Of a stretch of 64,000 nucleotides of DNA, positions 39,187 through 51,140 are shown piece after piece. Below the pieces are notes generated by a model, which worked only from the letters and a program-made list of their open reading frames with translations, was not told the DNA's origin and searched no databases. The stretch lies in assembly GCA_001662655.1 (NCBI GenBank), contig KV460209.1. One strand, given 5' to 3'. Every line of letters begins with the position of its first letter. Position 1 is the stretch's first letter. This DNA comes from Pseudogymnoascus verrucosus (Eukaryota). Both the position numbers and the translations under genes were made by a program.

Positions 39187-40068
39187 ATGGCAACCTTACA
39201 ATCCCAACCCCCGACCTCTGAAGCGTACCTTGTGAGCTACCCAGCTCAACATGTTGTCCTCCTCACAATAAACCGCCCAAAGGTCATGAACTGCATACAT
39301 GCGCAGGGCCACTGGGATATGGATGCGTTCTTCCAATGGTTCGACCATGAGCCCAGTCTTCGCGTCGCAATTATTACCGGGGCGGGCCCGAAGGCCTTCT
39401 GCGCTGGTCAGGATCTCATCGAGCAGGGCCGGTTTAAGGTGAACCGACCACCAACGTCGTCCATGAAGCACCCACCGAGTGGGTTTGCGGGCGTGAGCAG
39501 GAGAATTGGGAAGAAGCCGATTATTGCTGCCGTTAATGGGTTCGCGCTGGGAGGAGGGTTCGAGATCACGCTTAACTGGTTAGAAACCTCATTCTGTATT
39601 TGAGACAAAAGCTAACGAGTGGGCAGTGACCTTGTTGTAGCTTCCCCAACTGCGTCGTTTGGACTACCAGAAGCGTCGGTCGGTCTGTACGCCGCTGCCG
39701 GTGGACTGCCCCGTGTCGTCCGCAACTGTGGCCTTCAAATTGCTTCAGAGATTGCAATGACAGGTCGCCGACTTACAGCTGAAGAAGCGCTGAAATACAG
39801 CCTTATCAACAGGGTAGCAAAGTCTCCCAGCACTGTCATGGAAGAAAGCTTGGAGCTCGCCGCCAAGATTTCGAACCTCTCACCCGACGCCATCATCGTT
39901 ACGAGAAGCGGACTGCGTGAGGCATGGGAGACAGGCAGTGTTGAGAGAGCCACACAGATTACGTCAGATAGATATGATTACCAGCTGGGCACTGCCCCGA
40001 ATATGAAAATTGGGCTGGATGCGTTCGCGCAGAAGAAGAAGCCGGAGTGGGTGCCAAGCAAGCTGTAA
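39187..40068 (+). CDS. Enoyl-CoA hydratase/isomerase (crotonase) with C-terminal PTS1 (SKL); 1 intron
   Basis: AFCAGQDL, KPIIAAVNGFALGGGFE, FGLPEASVGL; ends WVPSKL. Confidence 0.93.
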
Positions 40069-40230
40069 AACCGCGATTTTCGAGAGCGTTGTCGTTTAAT
40101 CGTAGGATTTGTATCAGATAGATAAACTATGGGCTATTTACTTTGTTCAATTTGGTACTAAAATATGTTGATAACATTCCATTGTTCTGGTTGTGTCTCC
40201 CTGAGGGTCCATGTGAAACTTCCCCGCGTT

Positions 40231-40236
40231 CCGAGG
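40231..40236. promoter_or_regulatory. CCGAGG FarA/FarB-type site upstream of the NMO-family gene
   Basis: CCGAGG ~220 nt before the ATG. Confidence 0.45.
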
Positions 40237-40452
40237 TTCACCCAATAAAGTCTATGGCAGCTTGGGTGGACTCAGTTAATCCTAGCAACGCGACCAACTC
40301 GGCAAGAGGATCGTTACCCCATAGTTAGATACCCGTCCGGGTAGCCATATATATACCCTCTACCTTGGGAGCTCCTCTCATAATGTCCAAATACAGAATT
40401 AAATACCTGTAACCACCGTAACTCTTATTATTATCTTTTAGCGTAAACCAAG

Positions 40453-41691
40453 ATGTCGCTCGTTACGCCCCTCACGAAGCTGCTGAATATTCAGCACCCC
40501 ATATTCCTGGCCGGTATGGGGAAGACCTCAGGAGCGCCGCTGGCAGCCGCGGTCTCCAATGCTGGTGGACTCGGCGTCATTGGCGGGGTTGGATATTCTC
40601 CAAACCAGTTGAGGGAGATGATCGATGAGCTCAAGGCTAGTTTAATTTGAATTGACGGTTCAGTTATCATTCTAATACTCATCTAGAGCCTCTTGGTAGA
40701 CAAGAACGCCCCATTCGGAGTCGACCTTCTTATACCTCAAGTCGGCGGAAACGCTCGGAAAACCAACGTAAATACGCCTAGGCCGACCTATCAAACTGAA
40801 CACCTTCTAACATAGTAACCAGGTCGATTACGCAAAGGGCAAGCTGAACGAGCTGATCGACGTCATCATCGAAGGTGGCGCCAAAGTCTTCGTCTGCGCC
40901 GTCGGCGTCCCCCCCAAAGCCGTCGTCGAGAAACTCCACAATGCCGGCGTCCTCTACGCCAACATGGTCGGCCACCCGAAACATGCTCACAAGGCCTGCC
41001 AGATCGGTGCCGATATCATTGTCGCCCAAGGTGGTGAGGCTGGTGGACACACCGGCGATATCCCATTTAGCGTGCTCATCCCCGCTGTCGCCGACGCAAT
41101 TAAGTCGTACAGGTCGCCGCTGACAGGCCAGCCTGTCTACCTCGCTGCCGGAGGCGGTGTCTTTGACGGACGCAGTTTGGCCGCGGCGCTAATGCTAGGT
41201 GCGAGCGCTGTGTGGGTGGGTACGCGGTTCGTGGCGTCGAAGGAGTCGGGTGCGTCAGAGCACAACAAGAGAACGCTTGTCCAGGCGGGCTTCGACCAGG
41301 TTATCAAGACGACGATCTTCACTGGACGCCCGGTGAGGCACTATGCCACGCCATATATTAAGAACTGGGAGGAGAATCGCCAGGGGGAGATTAAAGAGCT
41401 CCTTGGAAAGGGGATCGTGCCGCTCCAATGGGAGCTTGAGAAGTATGATAAGGAGGGGAAGTCGACGGAGGAGATCGAGGATCAGACTACCTTTATGTAT
41501 GTTGTCCCTGTCGCTGCACCATATTGCATAAGAATGCTTGCTGACCGAATATGTTTAGGCCTATGGGATATGTGGGTGGTCTCGTTACACAGTTGAACCA
41601 GCCTGCTGGAGACATTGTGCGGGAAATGGTCGATCAAGCATATGAGCTTCTTCGCAGCCCAAGTAAATTTGTAAATGACTCGAAATTGTAA
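40453..41691 (+). CDS. Nitronate monooxygenase/2-nitropropane dioxygenase (FabK-like FMN) family protein with PTS1 (SKL); 3 introns
   Basis: HPIFLAGMG, LAAAVSNAGGLGVIG, AQGGEAGGHTG, GASAVWVGTRF; last exon ends KFVNDSKL-stop. Confidence 0.92.
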
Positions 41692-41813
41692 GTAGAACAC
41701 AGGGGCAATGTGTTAGCTGGCGAGGATATATTAATTATATATTATTAAATTTCTTTGAAATGATGTAAAAATGTGATTTAATTCTCAATCTGTATTTTAG
41801 CTATCCGTATGGT

Positions 41814-43338
41814 CTACTTCTTCTTCAAGTACAGAGTCTGCACGTTACAGTATGCCTTGACTCCACCCAAGCCGTTCTCGTAGCCAATGCCACTTTCCTT
41901 GTGTCCACCGAATGGGAAGTTCGGAGTGACATCCATGTGGGAGTTAATCCACACGGAGCCGGCCTCAATTTGCTCTGCAATGCGACGTCCCTCAACTAAA
42001 TCAGTGGTCCACACAGACCCTCCAAGACCCATCCTGGTGTTGTTCGCGCGAGCAATGACATCGTCCTCATCGGACCACGATAAGATTGGGAGAATTGGGC
42101 CTGTACTAGTTAGTACTGTGCTACGTTACTACTCCAAGAGTGTAAAAGAATCCCTTACCAAATGGCTCCTCGACCACAATCCGCGAGTCCTCCTTAGGCC
42201 TATCAATGATAGTGGGGTTAATGAAGTAACCAGGGCTCTCATCAATCGTGCCGCCAACAGCCACCTTCCATCCCTCCTTCTCGATGTCGCTGAAAAATCC
42301 CTTGACGCGCTCATACTGCATTTCGTTCTGGACTGGCCCAATAGTCACAGTTGGGTCGTTCTCGCCCTCGCCAACGCCCTCGCCAAGCTTGAACGCCTTG
42401 ACAGCAGCTACCAAGGCATCACGGAACTCCTCGAAAATGCTTTCGTGGACATAGAGTCTCTTGATGGCAAGGCAAACTTGGGACGAATGGCTGAATATAA
42501 CGCCGGCGAGCGCGGGAGCAATCGTGGCAACGTCGATGTTCTTAGTGATGATGGCTGCGTCGTTTCCACCGAGCTCGAGCGTGACTCTCTTTAGGGTCTT
42601 GGAGGCCGACTGCATGACCTTCTTTCCGGTGGCGGTGGAGCCAGTGAAAGAGATTTTATCGACACCTGGGTGCTCGGTCAACAGTTGACCGAGGCTGTCG
42701 TCGCCACTAAGAACTTGGACGACTCCAGGAGGGAAGAATTTTTGGGCCATCTCGACAAGCTTGAGGCCAGAGTATGGTGTATATGGAGAGGGCTTGATGA
42801 TGATGCAGTTGCCAGCAATGACAGCAGCCGCTATCTTGGCCGCTGTACAGTGAAGAGGTAGGTTCCAGGGCACAATTCCAACTACAACACCGAGGGGCAA
42901 ATAGCGGACGATGACTTCACGTTCTGGGGTGTCCTCAACAACTTCGTCAATGGGATGAAGCTTCGCAGTCTCAGACAACCATCCAGCGCCCATGTGGATA
43001 AGGATTTCGGCAATTGAAACCGGTGCTCCCAGCTCGTAACCGTTGAGCTTGACAAATTCCTGTTGGTATTCGTAAATAGTTGCTGCCAGGCCGTTCAGCG
43101 CTTTAGCGCGTTCCTCGAAGCTGGTCTTCTTCCATTTAGGGAAGGCAGCACGCGCAGCTGCAACTGCGTCGTCAACATCCTTGGATGTAGAGAGAGGAAC
43201 TTCAGCCAGGGGCTTCTTGGTGTGGGGGCTGATGGCATGGCGGGTGGTTTCGGTGGTCTTCAACTCTCCGTTTATGACATTTTGGAATGTAGTGAAGTTG
43301 AACTCCTTCTTGGAGCTATCGTTAGTTACTGCAGCCAT
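41814..43338 (-). CDS. Aldehyde dehydrogenase; 1 intron
   Basis: IVPWN, KPSPYTP, FTGSTATGK, LELGGND, catalytic QVC, EEPFGP, PFGGHKESG. Confidence 0.95.
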
Positions 43339-43596
43339 TTTGTTAAGTATAGTATAGTAAGAGAAATACGAATTTTAGAAGGGGTCGGGGACAGTCTGGA
43401 CTATATAACCCCTTATTGTTTTGTGGTTGGTGATATGCCCCGCTACGGATCGATGGAAGTCTTTGAAGGCGGGGAAGGCTTATCTGACCTAAGCCTCACA
43501 AAAGGCTCGAATAACTCCAATCACTACTTAACTTGACCTTCCTAATCGACCCCCTTTTACCATTTCAAGCAAAGAAGGCTGAACTTGTGCTTACAA

Positions 43597-43602
43597 CCTC
43601 GG
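43597..43602. promoter_or_regulatory. CCTCGG FarA/FarB-type site upstream of ALDH
   Basis: CCTCGG ~260 nt before the ATG. Confidence 0.4.
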
Positions 43603-44523
43603 TGCTGACGTCGGCAAAGGCGTGTAATGATGGTGGGGTAGTTGGCGGGGTAGACCCGTGGTTGGCCGAATTCTGTCTACTGACGAGCCACCACTGACCT
43701 GCTCCCGCCAACAAGGCTGTAAACTTGCCTCAGAAACAGCATCAAGGCGCATGGGGGGGTAGAATGATTAGTTGGAGTATTATATAATCGATCCATTGCG
43801 GTATTTTTCAGAGGCCGTGGTGACAAAGCGATCGTTTTTCGTGGTCCTTGAAGTAAATGTCCAATACAAGGTTGGGATAAACAACAAGATATGAGATAAG
43901 ATCGTCGACTTTGAAGTCGGTAGGGGCTGTGGGACAACTCGTAGAACTCGATGACTGTTTTATGAGTCTATAGAAAGTGCGAACGAAAAATTAACCAATG
44001 GTTGCTAGCGGCTGTAAGTATGATAGTACGGGGACATTCTGATAAACCACATAGTCGGGAATTGAACAAGAAGAGTGAATCCATTGTGTAGAACTGCATG
44101 ACAGCCTCACCACAGACTTTTGTGGAGTCGTCCGTATCATTCTATGAAGTCGTCGGAATCACTGTTGCGAGTATCAGTTTCTAGAGTCTTTAGAGAATAG
44201 TAACTGCGTCTGAAAAAAGGAATCCCCGCCTACTATGACCTATGATTATCATATTGGATTTTTTTTTGTAAGCATGTTATATAGAAAGACAAGAGTAGAG
44301 TAATTGCTGGCAGTGTTTGGCGAGGGAGGATATATATCACGTGTCATTACCCCAGAAAAGCTAAATCGGGCGATTTTTGCTAGTCCGCATTTGACAATCA
44401 TGTGATTATAACCGTCGCGCTAAGGTTCCGCGACTTGATATTTTGGTGATAAGGCTGGATGAGGTCAACCACTCGACCCCTTCCACAACTCCATCCGCCT
44501 ATAATTCGACCGCCACCGCCACG

Positions 44524-46981
44524 ATGCCTGTCGTCAAGGGAGGAGTCTGGACGAACATAGAAGATGAGATCTTGAAAGCGTCGGTCGTAAGAAGCCTTCA
44601 GAATACCCTCCTTGGAGTGCCTCAGCTAATCATTCATAAATAGTCGAAGTACGGATTGCAGCAATGGGCGCGAGTCTCGTCGCTGCTGGCCAGGAAGACA
44701 CCGAAGCAATGTAAAGCGCGATGGAGCGAATGGCTGGATCCCGGCATCCGGAAAGTCGAATGGAGCAAGGAGGAAGACGAGAAGCTCTTACATCTAGCGA
44801 AGCTTATGCCGACACAATGGCGCACGCTCGCCCCTCTCGTCGGCAGAACCGCGAACCAATGTTTGGAACGATACCAGAAACTACTCGACGAAGCAGAACA
44901 GAGAGAGGCTGGAGATTTGGGACTCACTGGGGTTGGTGGTGAAGCGCAAGCGCCATCAGCAGACGATGTACGAAAGTTACGACCGGGCGAGGTGGACCCC
45001 GACCCAGAATCGAAACCTGCCAGGCCTGACACGATAGATCTCGATGAGGACGAAAAGGAGATGCTGAGCGAGGCGCGTGCTCGTTTGGCGAATACACAGG
45101 GAAAGAAGGCCAAGAGGAAGGCTCGAGAGCGCCAACTAGAGGAGTCTCGGAGACTAGCTGTGCTTCAAAAGCGTCGCGAACTCAAGAATGCCGGAATCAA
45201 CGTCAAGGTTGTTAGCCGAAAGAAGGGGCAGATGGACTACAACGCCGACATCCCATTCGAAAAGAAGGCTGCCCCTGGATTCTACGACACCGGAGAAGAG
45301 GCAGCCATCAACGAAAAGCAAAGGGAATCATTCGATCCTCGAAAACAACAACTTGCGAACAAGCGAAAAGGGGACGCGGATGAGGACCCGGATCGTAAGC
45401 GAAAGAAGACCGAAAAAGATGCGCCATCCGCATCATACCAAGCCGCCATTAAGGCTGGACAGATGCAGAAAATACGAGAGGCCGAGCAGAGCAGCAAGAG
45501 ACGTGCTCTCGTTCTACCCTCGCCACAGGTTGGGGAGGGTGAGCTGGAGGAGATTGTGAAGATGGGCATGATTGGAGAACGGGCAAACCAGATGGCGCGT
45601 GCCAGCGAGAACGACGCAACGAGAGGTCTTGTGGGATCATACAGTACGATTAACACAGGGGCGCCGATTCGGACACCTCGAGCCCCACCCCAGGAAGATC
45701 GTATCGCGAACGAGATCAAGAATATTCGAGCCTTGACCGAAACTAAATCGTCGCTGCTCGGTGGCGAGAATACGCCATTATACGAAGGCGCTGGCAGCAC
45801 TGGCTTTGAAAGCGTGGCTCCCCGCAAAAGTCAAATAGAAACGCCTAATCCTATGGCCACACCATTTCGCGGGGGCGCTGGTATTGGGGAAACCCCCATG
45901 CGCACGCCAGGTGTTGGGCAAACGCCGATGCGAGACAACTTCGCCATCAACACCGAGGGCGACATGGACCTCGTCAGCGCCACGCCGCGGGATATGAAAC
46001 TCCGGGAGATGGCACTGAAGCATCAACTTAAGCAAGGCCTAGCCTCTCTACCAAAGCCGAAAGACACGGAGTGGGAGCTCGAGCTCCCCGAGGAGCAACA
46101 AGAGGCCGCTCGCGTGGAGGTATCAGAGGAAGATGCGGAAATTAGAGACAGGAGGAACAAGCAGATTAGAGAAGCACAGGAGCTCCTCGAGCGTAAGCGC
46201 CAGACGCAAGTTCTCCAGAGAGGCCTCCCGCGTCCTGCCCTGGTAGACCTAGATGCGATTCTGAAGGAAGTGTCGGCGATTTCCGACCCCATCCAAGCAA
46301 GCATTGCAAAGGAGATGTCACTCCTCATCGGAAATGATGCCGCGAAGCACCCCGCTCCGGGCTTGAGACTCAAGGGCCAACCGAAGAAGCTTGATTTGTT
46401 CGAGGACGATGCACTCGCACAGGCAAGGCTTGCCATTGCTGTTGAGTCTTCTCGCGACGGCTCCGTCGTGGGCGCCGAGATATTCGACAAGACGTGGAAT
46501 GAGCTACACCGCTCAGTACTGGCGCCTGCACTTGTCGATTACGAAGATGAGGAGCCCACTGAGCGGGAGCTGCTGATGCAAGCATTCGACGTAAGTATCC
46601 TGACACTCTCCCTCCATTCGTCGAAACTAACATGCGTCCCAGGCCGTCCAGAGCGAAATCACCACCACTGCTGAGCGTGGTAACAAGCTCGAGAAGAAGC
46701 TTGCGCTGCACTTGGGAGGATACCAGAAGCGACAGAAGATGTTGCGGCAAAAGATATCTGAGGCGACAGAGGCACTATGCACCGCGACGAACTCGTTAGA
46801 TGCATTCCGCACCTTGCAAATTGGAGAGGAAGCCGCGATTTCGTCGCGTCTGGAGGGGCTGCGGGCCGAGGTTGGGTTTATTACCACGAGGGAGAGGGAA
46901 GCACAGGAACTGTATCGGGAGAGGAAAGAGGAACTGGACCGGATTGTAGCGGCCAGTGGAGGGACGAATGGGTATCATTAG
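44524..46981 (+). CDS. CEF1: Pre-mRNA splicing factor CEF1/CDC5 (Myb repeats); 2 introns
   Basis: [75 protein letters not shown]. Confidence 0.97.
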
Positions 46982-47388
46982 GTGTAAGGGATATTTGTAC
47001 TGTACTATAGGTAGCGACGGCTGGGACGGACAGAATCTCGGGAAAATCATAATTGTAGACTCATCTAGCTGTCTTTGTACTTTGGATCGCATATTTATAT
47101 CGTGCCTCATGGTTTTATTTGAGGAAGGTATGGCTGGCGACCCTCGCACCATCCTGCTATTTGTCTCTTCGTATGTTTTGGCAGGAAGGTGCGAGGGACG
47201 GCGGTTGGTCGTACCTTCCTCAGCCTCGCGTCCTTGTCAGGAACCAACGCGACCCACGACCTCGTGCCAGCCACCACACGGCTACAGCCTTGTGACGTCC
47301 AAGGTTACATTTCCGAGATCCGTAGGACGAACAACATCAGTACAACCCTCATGGTCCATCTCCAACATCATAATAACCCATCCTCGCG

Positions 47389-48381
47389 ATGTCTAACCCA
47401 TCAATAATGCCACCCGGCTTCTCAGAGAAGAAGGAGCACGCCAGCGAAAGCACCAGCGCTCCACTTGCCGATTCTAAACGAGACCAGCCTTTCAATTCCC
47501 CGCATCAAACAGACTCTAATTCTGCGCCGTCTTCGACGCAAACTTCCTCTTCACGGCTTCAAACAGCGAATAATATGGGTGTCCAGTCGCAGATACAGGC
47601 CCGTGGCGCGGGTTCCGCCAGGAACAGGCCGTTCGCGGTTGCCCTCACGGTTGCTGTGGTTTTGTATTTCGCGTTTACGATGACTACGAGGGTATTTGAC
47701 TTCAGAGGTTTCACGTCTACGGCATGCCATCACCAAACGAGCAGTGATGCAGCCCCAGCTGTGGTCGAGAAGGTGGGGAAGTTAGTCCCACTCGAAGCGC
47801 ACGTTATGAGCAAATGTCCAGACACAAGGGTATGTATTCCTATAAGTACCTCCAAGCGCGCAAGCTAACACATCTACCAGGCCTGCCTCCGCGAACTCGT
47901 CCTCCCTGCTATGGAGCGCGTCAGCTCCAAGGTCGACTTCACACTTACCTTCCTCGGGCGCCCGACCGAGAACGACGGCGTGGACTGCATGCACGGCCCG
48001 CCGGAGTGCATGGGCAACATCCTCGAGCTGTGCGCCGCCCACCTCTACCCCGAGCCGCGCATCTATCTCGGCTTCGTCATGTGCCTATCCAACGACTACA
48101 GGGAGATCCCCGATGAGGCCCTAGTTAAGGGCTGCGCGCTGGAGCACGCCGTCGACATCCAGAAGCTGAATGAGTGCGCGGGAAGCGCCGATGGAATGGG
48201 TATGGGGTTGCTGAGGGACAGCGTGCAGAGGAGTATCAATGTGGGCGTCAGGGCGAGCTGCACGGTGAGATTGAACAACGAGGTGTACTGCGTGCACGAC
48301 GGAGATTGGAAGAACTGCCCCAATGGTCCGGGGGTGAATGATCTGGTTATTGAGATAGAGAAACTGTACCGCGATTCTTGA
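47389..48381 (+). CDS. GILT-like thiol reductase with a membrane anchor; intron 47830-47880; start codon uncertain (47389/47407/47575)
   Basis: VPLEAHVMSKCPD, CMHGPPECMGNILELC, CALEH, SCTVRLN. Confidence 0.85.
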
Positions 48382-49400
48382 GCGGCTCGAAGACGTCGAT
48401 CCATAGCTCGCTAGACTCCCCAAGACCATATGTTAGGCTCACGCTGTCCAACCCAGCTTCCTCGCCGCCCGGCATTGTCTCTAGCTGTGAGATGAGGCTC
48501 TCGAATCCGATGGCCTTGCCCACTGCTTGCGTGGCGCCGGCTTCGAGAGCGACGTGTACGACGTGGATGTGGAAGTGATAGTACGTAGGCTGATAATGCA
48601 CATACAACTTCAACTGATCCTCTTCGAGTTTGGTATATGTCCCCACAGTGGCTTGTAAAATCTTGCGCCTCATGTCCTTCAGCCACAGAACATGCTTTTT
48701 CCGCAGGTCACGCAGACTCCAGATATCCCTACGCTCCACCAGCGCGAGCAAGTGCAGGCTCTCCATCGTCTTGCGGTCCCAGTTCAGGTCCGGTAGCAGC
48801 AGGAAGCCGCGCTCTGTATCTACCCCACGCACTGTGCGGAAGATCACATCCTCCACCTCCGTCTTGCCCTCAATGATATTATACACCCAGGTCAACCTTG
48901 CCCCCTCCCGTTGTCGCTGCATGTACGGCCTCACGGAATTTTTGTATGTCTCCGCCGTCTCAGTCACCATCCGCGTCCCCTGCCTGCTGTACTTCTTAAT
49001 ATGTTTCTCCGTACACGGATATATTAGGTTGATCTTCAGATCATCGTGTATCTCAGCCGCACCACCATCCGCTACATCCCCGCTACACGCCATAAACCAG
49101 AAGTAGACATCATTTGCACCGAGGTTTCGGCACGAGCGCAGCGCGCGCGGGAGTTCGGCGAGGTGTTCGGCGGAGGCGGAGAATGGAGCACGCTCGAGGA
49201 GGAGGAGGGCTGGAGTCGTGGAGATGGCGCCGAGGAGGACAATGCGACGTCCGGCTTGGTCTGGTGGTGGGGGGTGGTTAGCGGGGTCAAGGCGGGCGGG
49301 GGGGAAACGACGGACCTTGGTTTAGGACGCGTTCGAGTTTGAATTGGGGGATTAGAGATTCGGCCGCTGCGGTTGTTGTTATACCTGCACTGGTCTCCAT
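48347..49400 (-). CDS. DCS1: Scavenger mRNA decapping enzyme (m7GpppX diphosphatase, HIT family); 1 intron
   Basis: NDVYFWF, LIYPCTEKHIKKY, WVYNI, LLPDLNWD, SLRDL, HYQPTYYHFHIH. Confidence 0.95.
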
Positions 49401-50254
49401 GGCGCCTTCGATTGAGGGGTTGTACTGTGGAGGGGTGCTTGGTGGGAGGTGGGAGGTTGGAGGTTGTGGGGTGTCTTTTTTGGTTGAGCAAGAAAGTTGC
49501 GGTGAATGCAAGGTACGCGACAGGGGTATCCGCGCGACCCAAGATCCGAGGATGAGATCACACGGGTAGCAATCGGAACGAAAATTGAATCTGAACTACT
49601 TTTCCATTTGTGATTTATTATTGAAAATAATAATTATCTAAGTGCAGTATATTTCTTCTTGTCGATATTCCCCGAGCTATCAAACCCTGTTTATTGGCCA
49701 ACCAAGCATGCAACATATGGTTAGTTGCAAACTGATTGGTTGCTTGTCTGTCAGTATGGCACTCGTTACACTTCTGCCCGTTTCCGCAACAGCGACGAAA
49801 ATAGAGGGTTTCAAATCATACAATCAATTCAAGCGTTTAAAAAATCGAGAAGAACTGCCACAAGTGGATATATATTTTTGCCCCGTGACAGTGTTCACCG
49901 AGAATCGCGACGCACGCCAAATGGAGCATGCTATTTATCGAACGGCCTGATCCAGTTGAACATCACTCCGTTCGCTGGGAAAAGGCACACTATATAGATG
50001 CCGCAGTATTTGGAGCACCGCATCATCATTATTCACATATTTCATAGTAAATATCACAGGTTAATTCGGTTTCAATTCTCAAATCTGAAGGCTTTATCTG
50101 TCCATTTCCGCGAGACTTTCACGCCTTGAATACCAATTCCGTACGAGTCCTTGCGAAGTGCTTTGACTGTAATAATTAGCCAGATGCATCAAAGCACGGA
50201 TATTCGAACCTAACCGTATAACAAGAGACTGGCTAGCCATATTATGGGGTGACT

Positions 50255-50761
50255 CTATTTGTTATCCTTGGCCTAGGTGAAGTTAGTATCAGAGGATAAA
50301 AAATATAACTCAAACTTGCCATTGCAACAGCATTGTTTCCAACCTCTGTGAGCTGGGCGCAAAGAAACTGATGGAACTTCACAGTCTCAGGGTTATTTTT
50401 GTTCGCATTGAGGTCTTCGACTGCCCATGTAATGAACTCTTCAAAGAGGCGGTTGAAATCCTGAACATTGCGCTTGGAATCTTCCTCGGACATAGTCGGT
50501 GACCATTTTATCGCGTGTATCTTGTCAAGTATGTCTCCTGGCTTCGCCGGCCACATTCCCTTGTCCTTTAGCTCCTGGCGGGCTTTTCCAATGCCCTTCT
50601 CTTCTATCTCTTGGAGGCATTTGCGGTATTTTTCAGGAGAATACGCATCAGTGCTACTTTCGCCGATCTTGGGCTCCTTCTGAGACCGTTAGTCATAGTG
50701 AAAATTGGACCTGACAGTTGCATGTTACAGGGAAACCAACCTCATCTGTGTTGTTTCCCAT
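50255..50761 (-). CDS. Small hypothetical protein (~135 aa), 2 coding introns plus probable UTR introns
   Basis: MGNNTDE|KEPKIGESSTDAYSPEKYRKCLQE...NNAVAM|AKDNK-stop; branch points and acceptors keep the frame. Confidence 0.6.
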
Positions 50762-51140
50762 CTTCTATAACATATTAGCTAGATTTAAGACTTATAGTGG
50801 AACTGTAAATCTTACTGTGATGCAGTTGCGTAGATGAGATTGGGTTGTTTGGTGTGAGTTGTGGGTTGTATATTGGTGAATGTTGCAGATAATAACAATC
50901 GACTACACGTTAGAACTATGGGCACTCATCTTTTTGGCAAAGCTAATAAACAAGGCAAACAAATACAGCCCTCTTAATTCAGCCTTGTTAACTAAAGTTA
51001 TCTAATACTGCATCATGTCATGACCCTCTATAATAAATCCAAACGGCAGATAAACCTCTAAACAAGTCTATAAACGAGATGAAACTGTCATAAATAAAAA
51101 ATCCAACAGATAAGAGACAAACATCAAAGCCATAACAATT

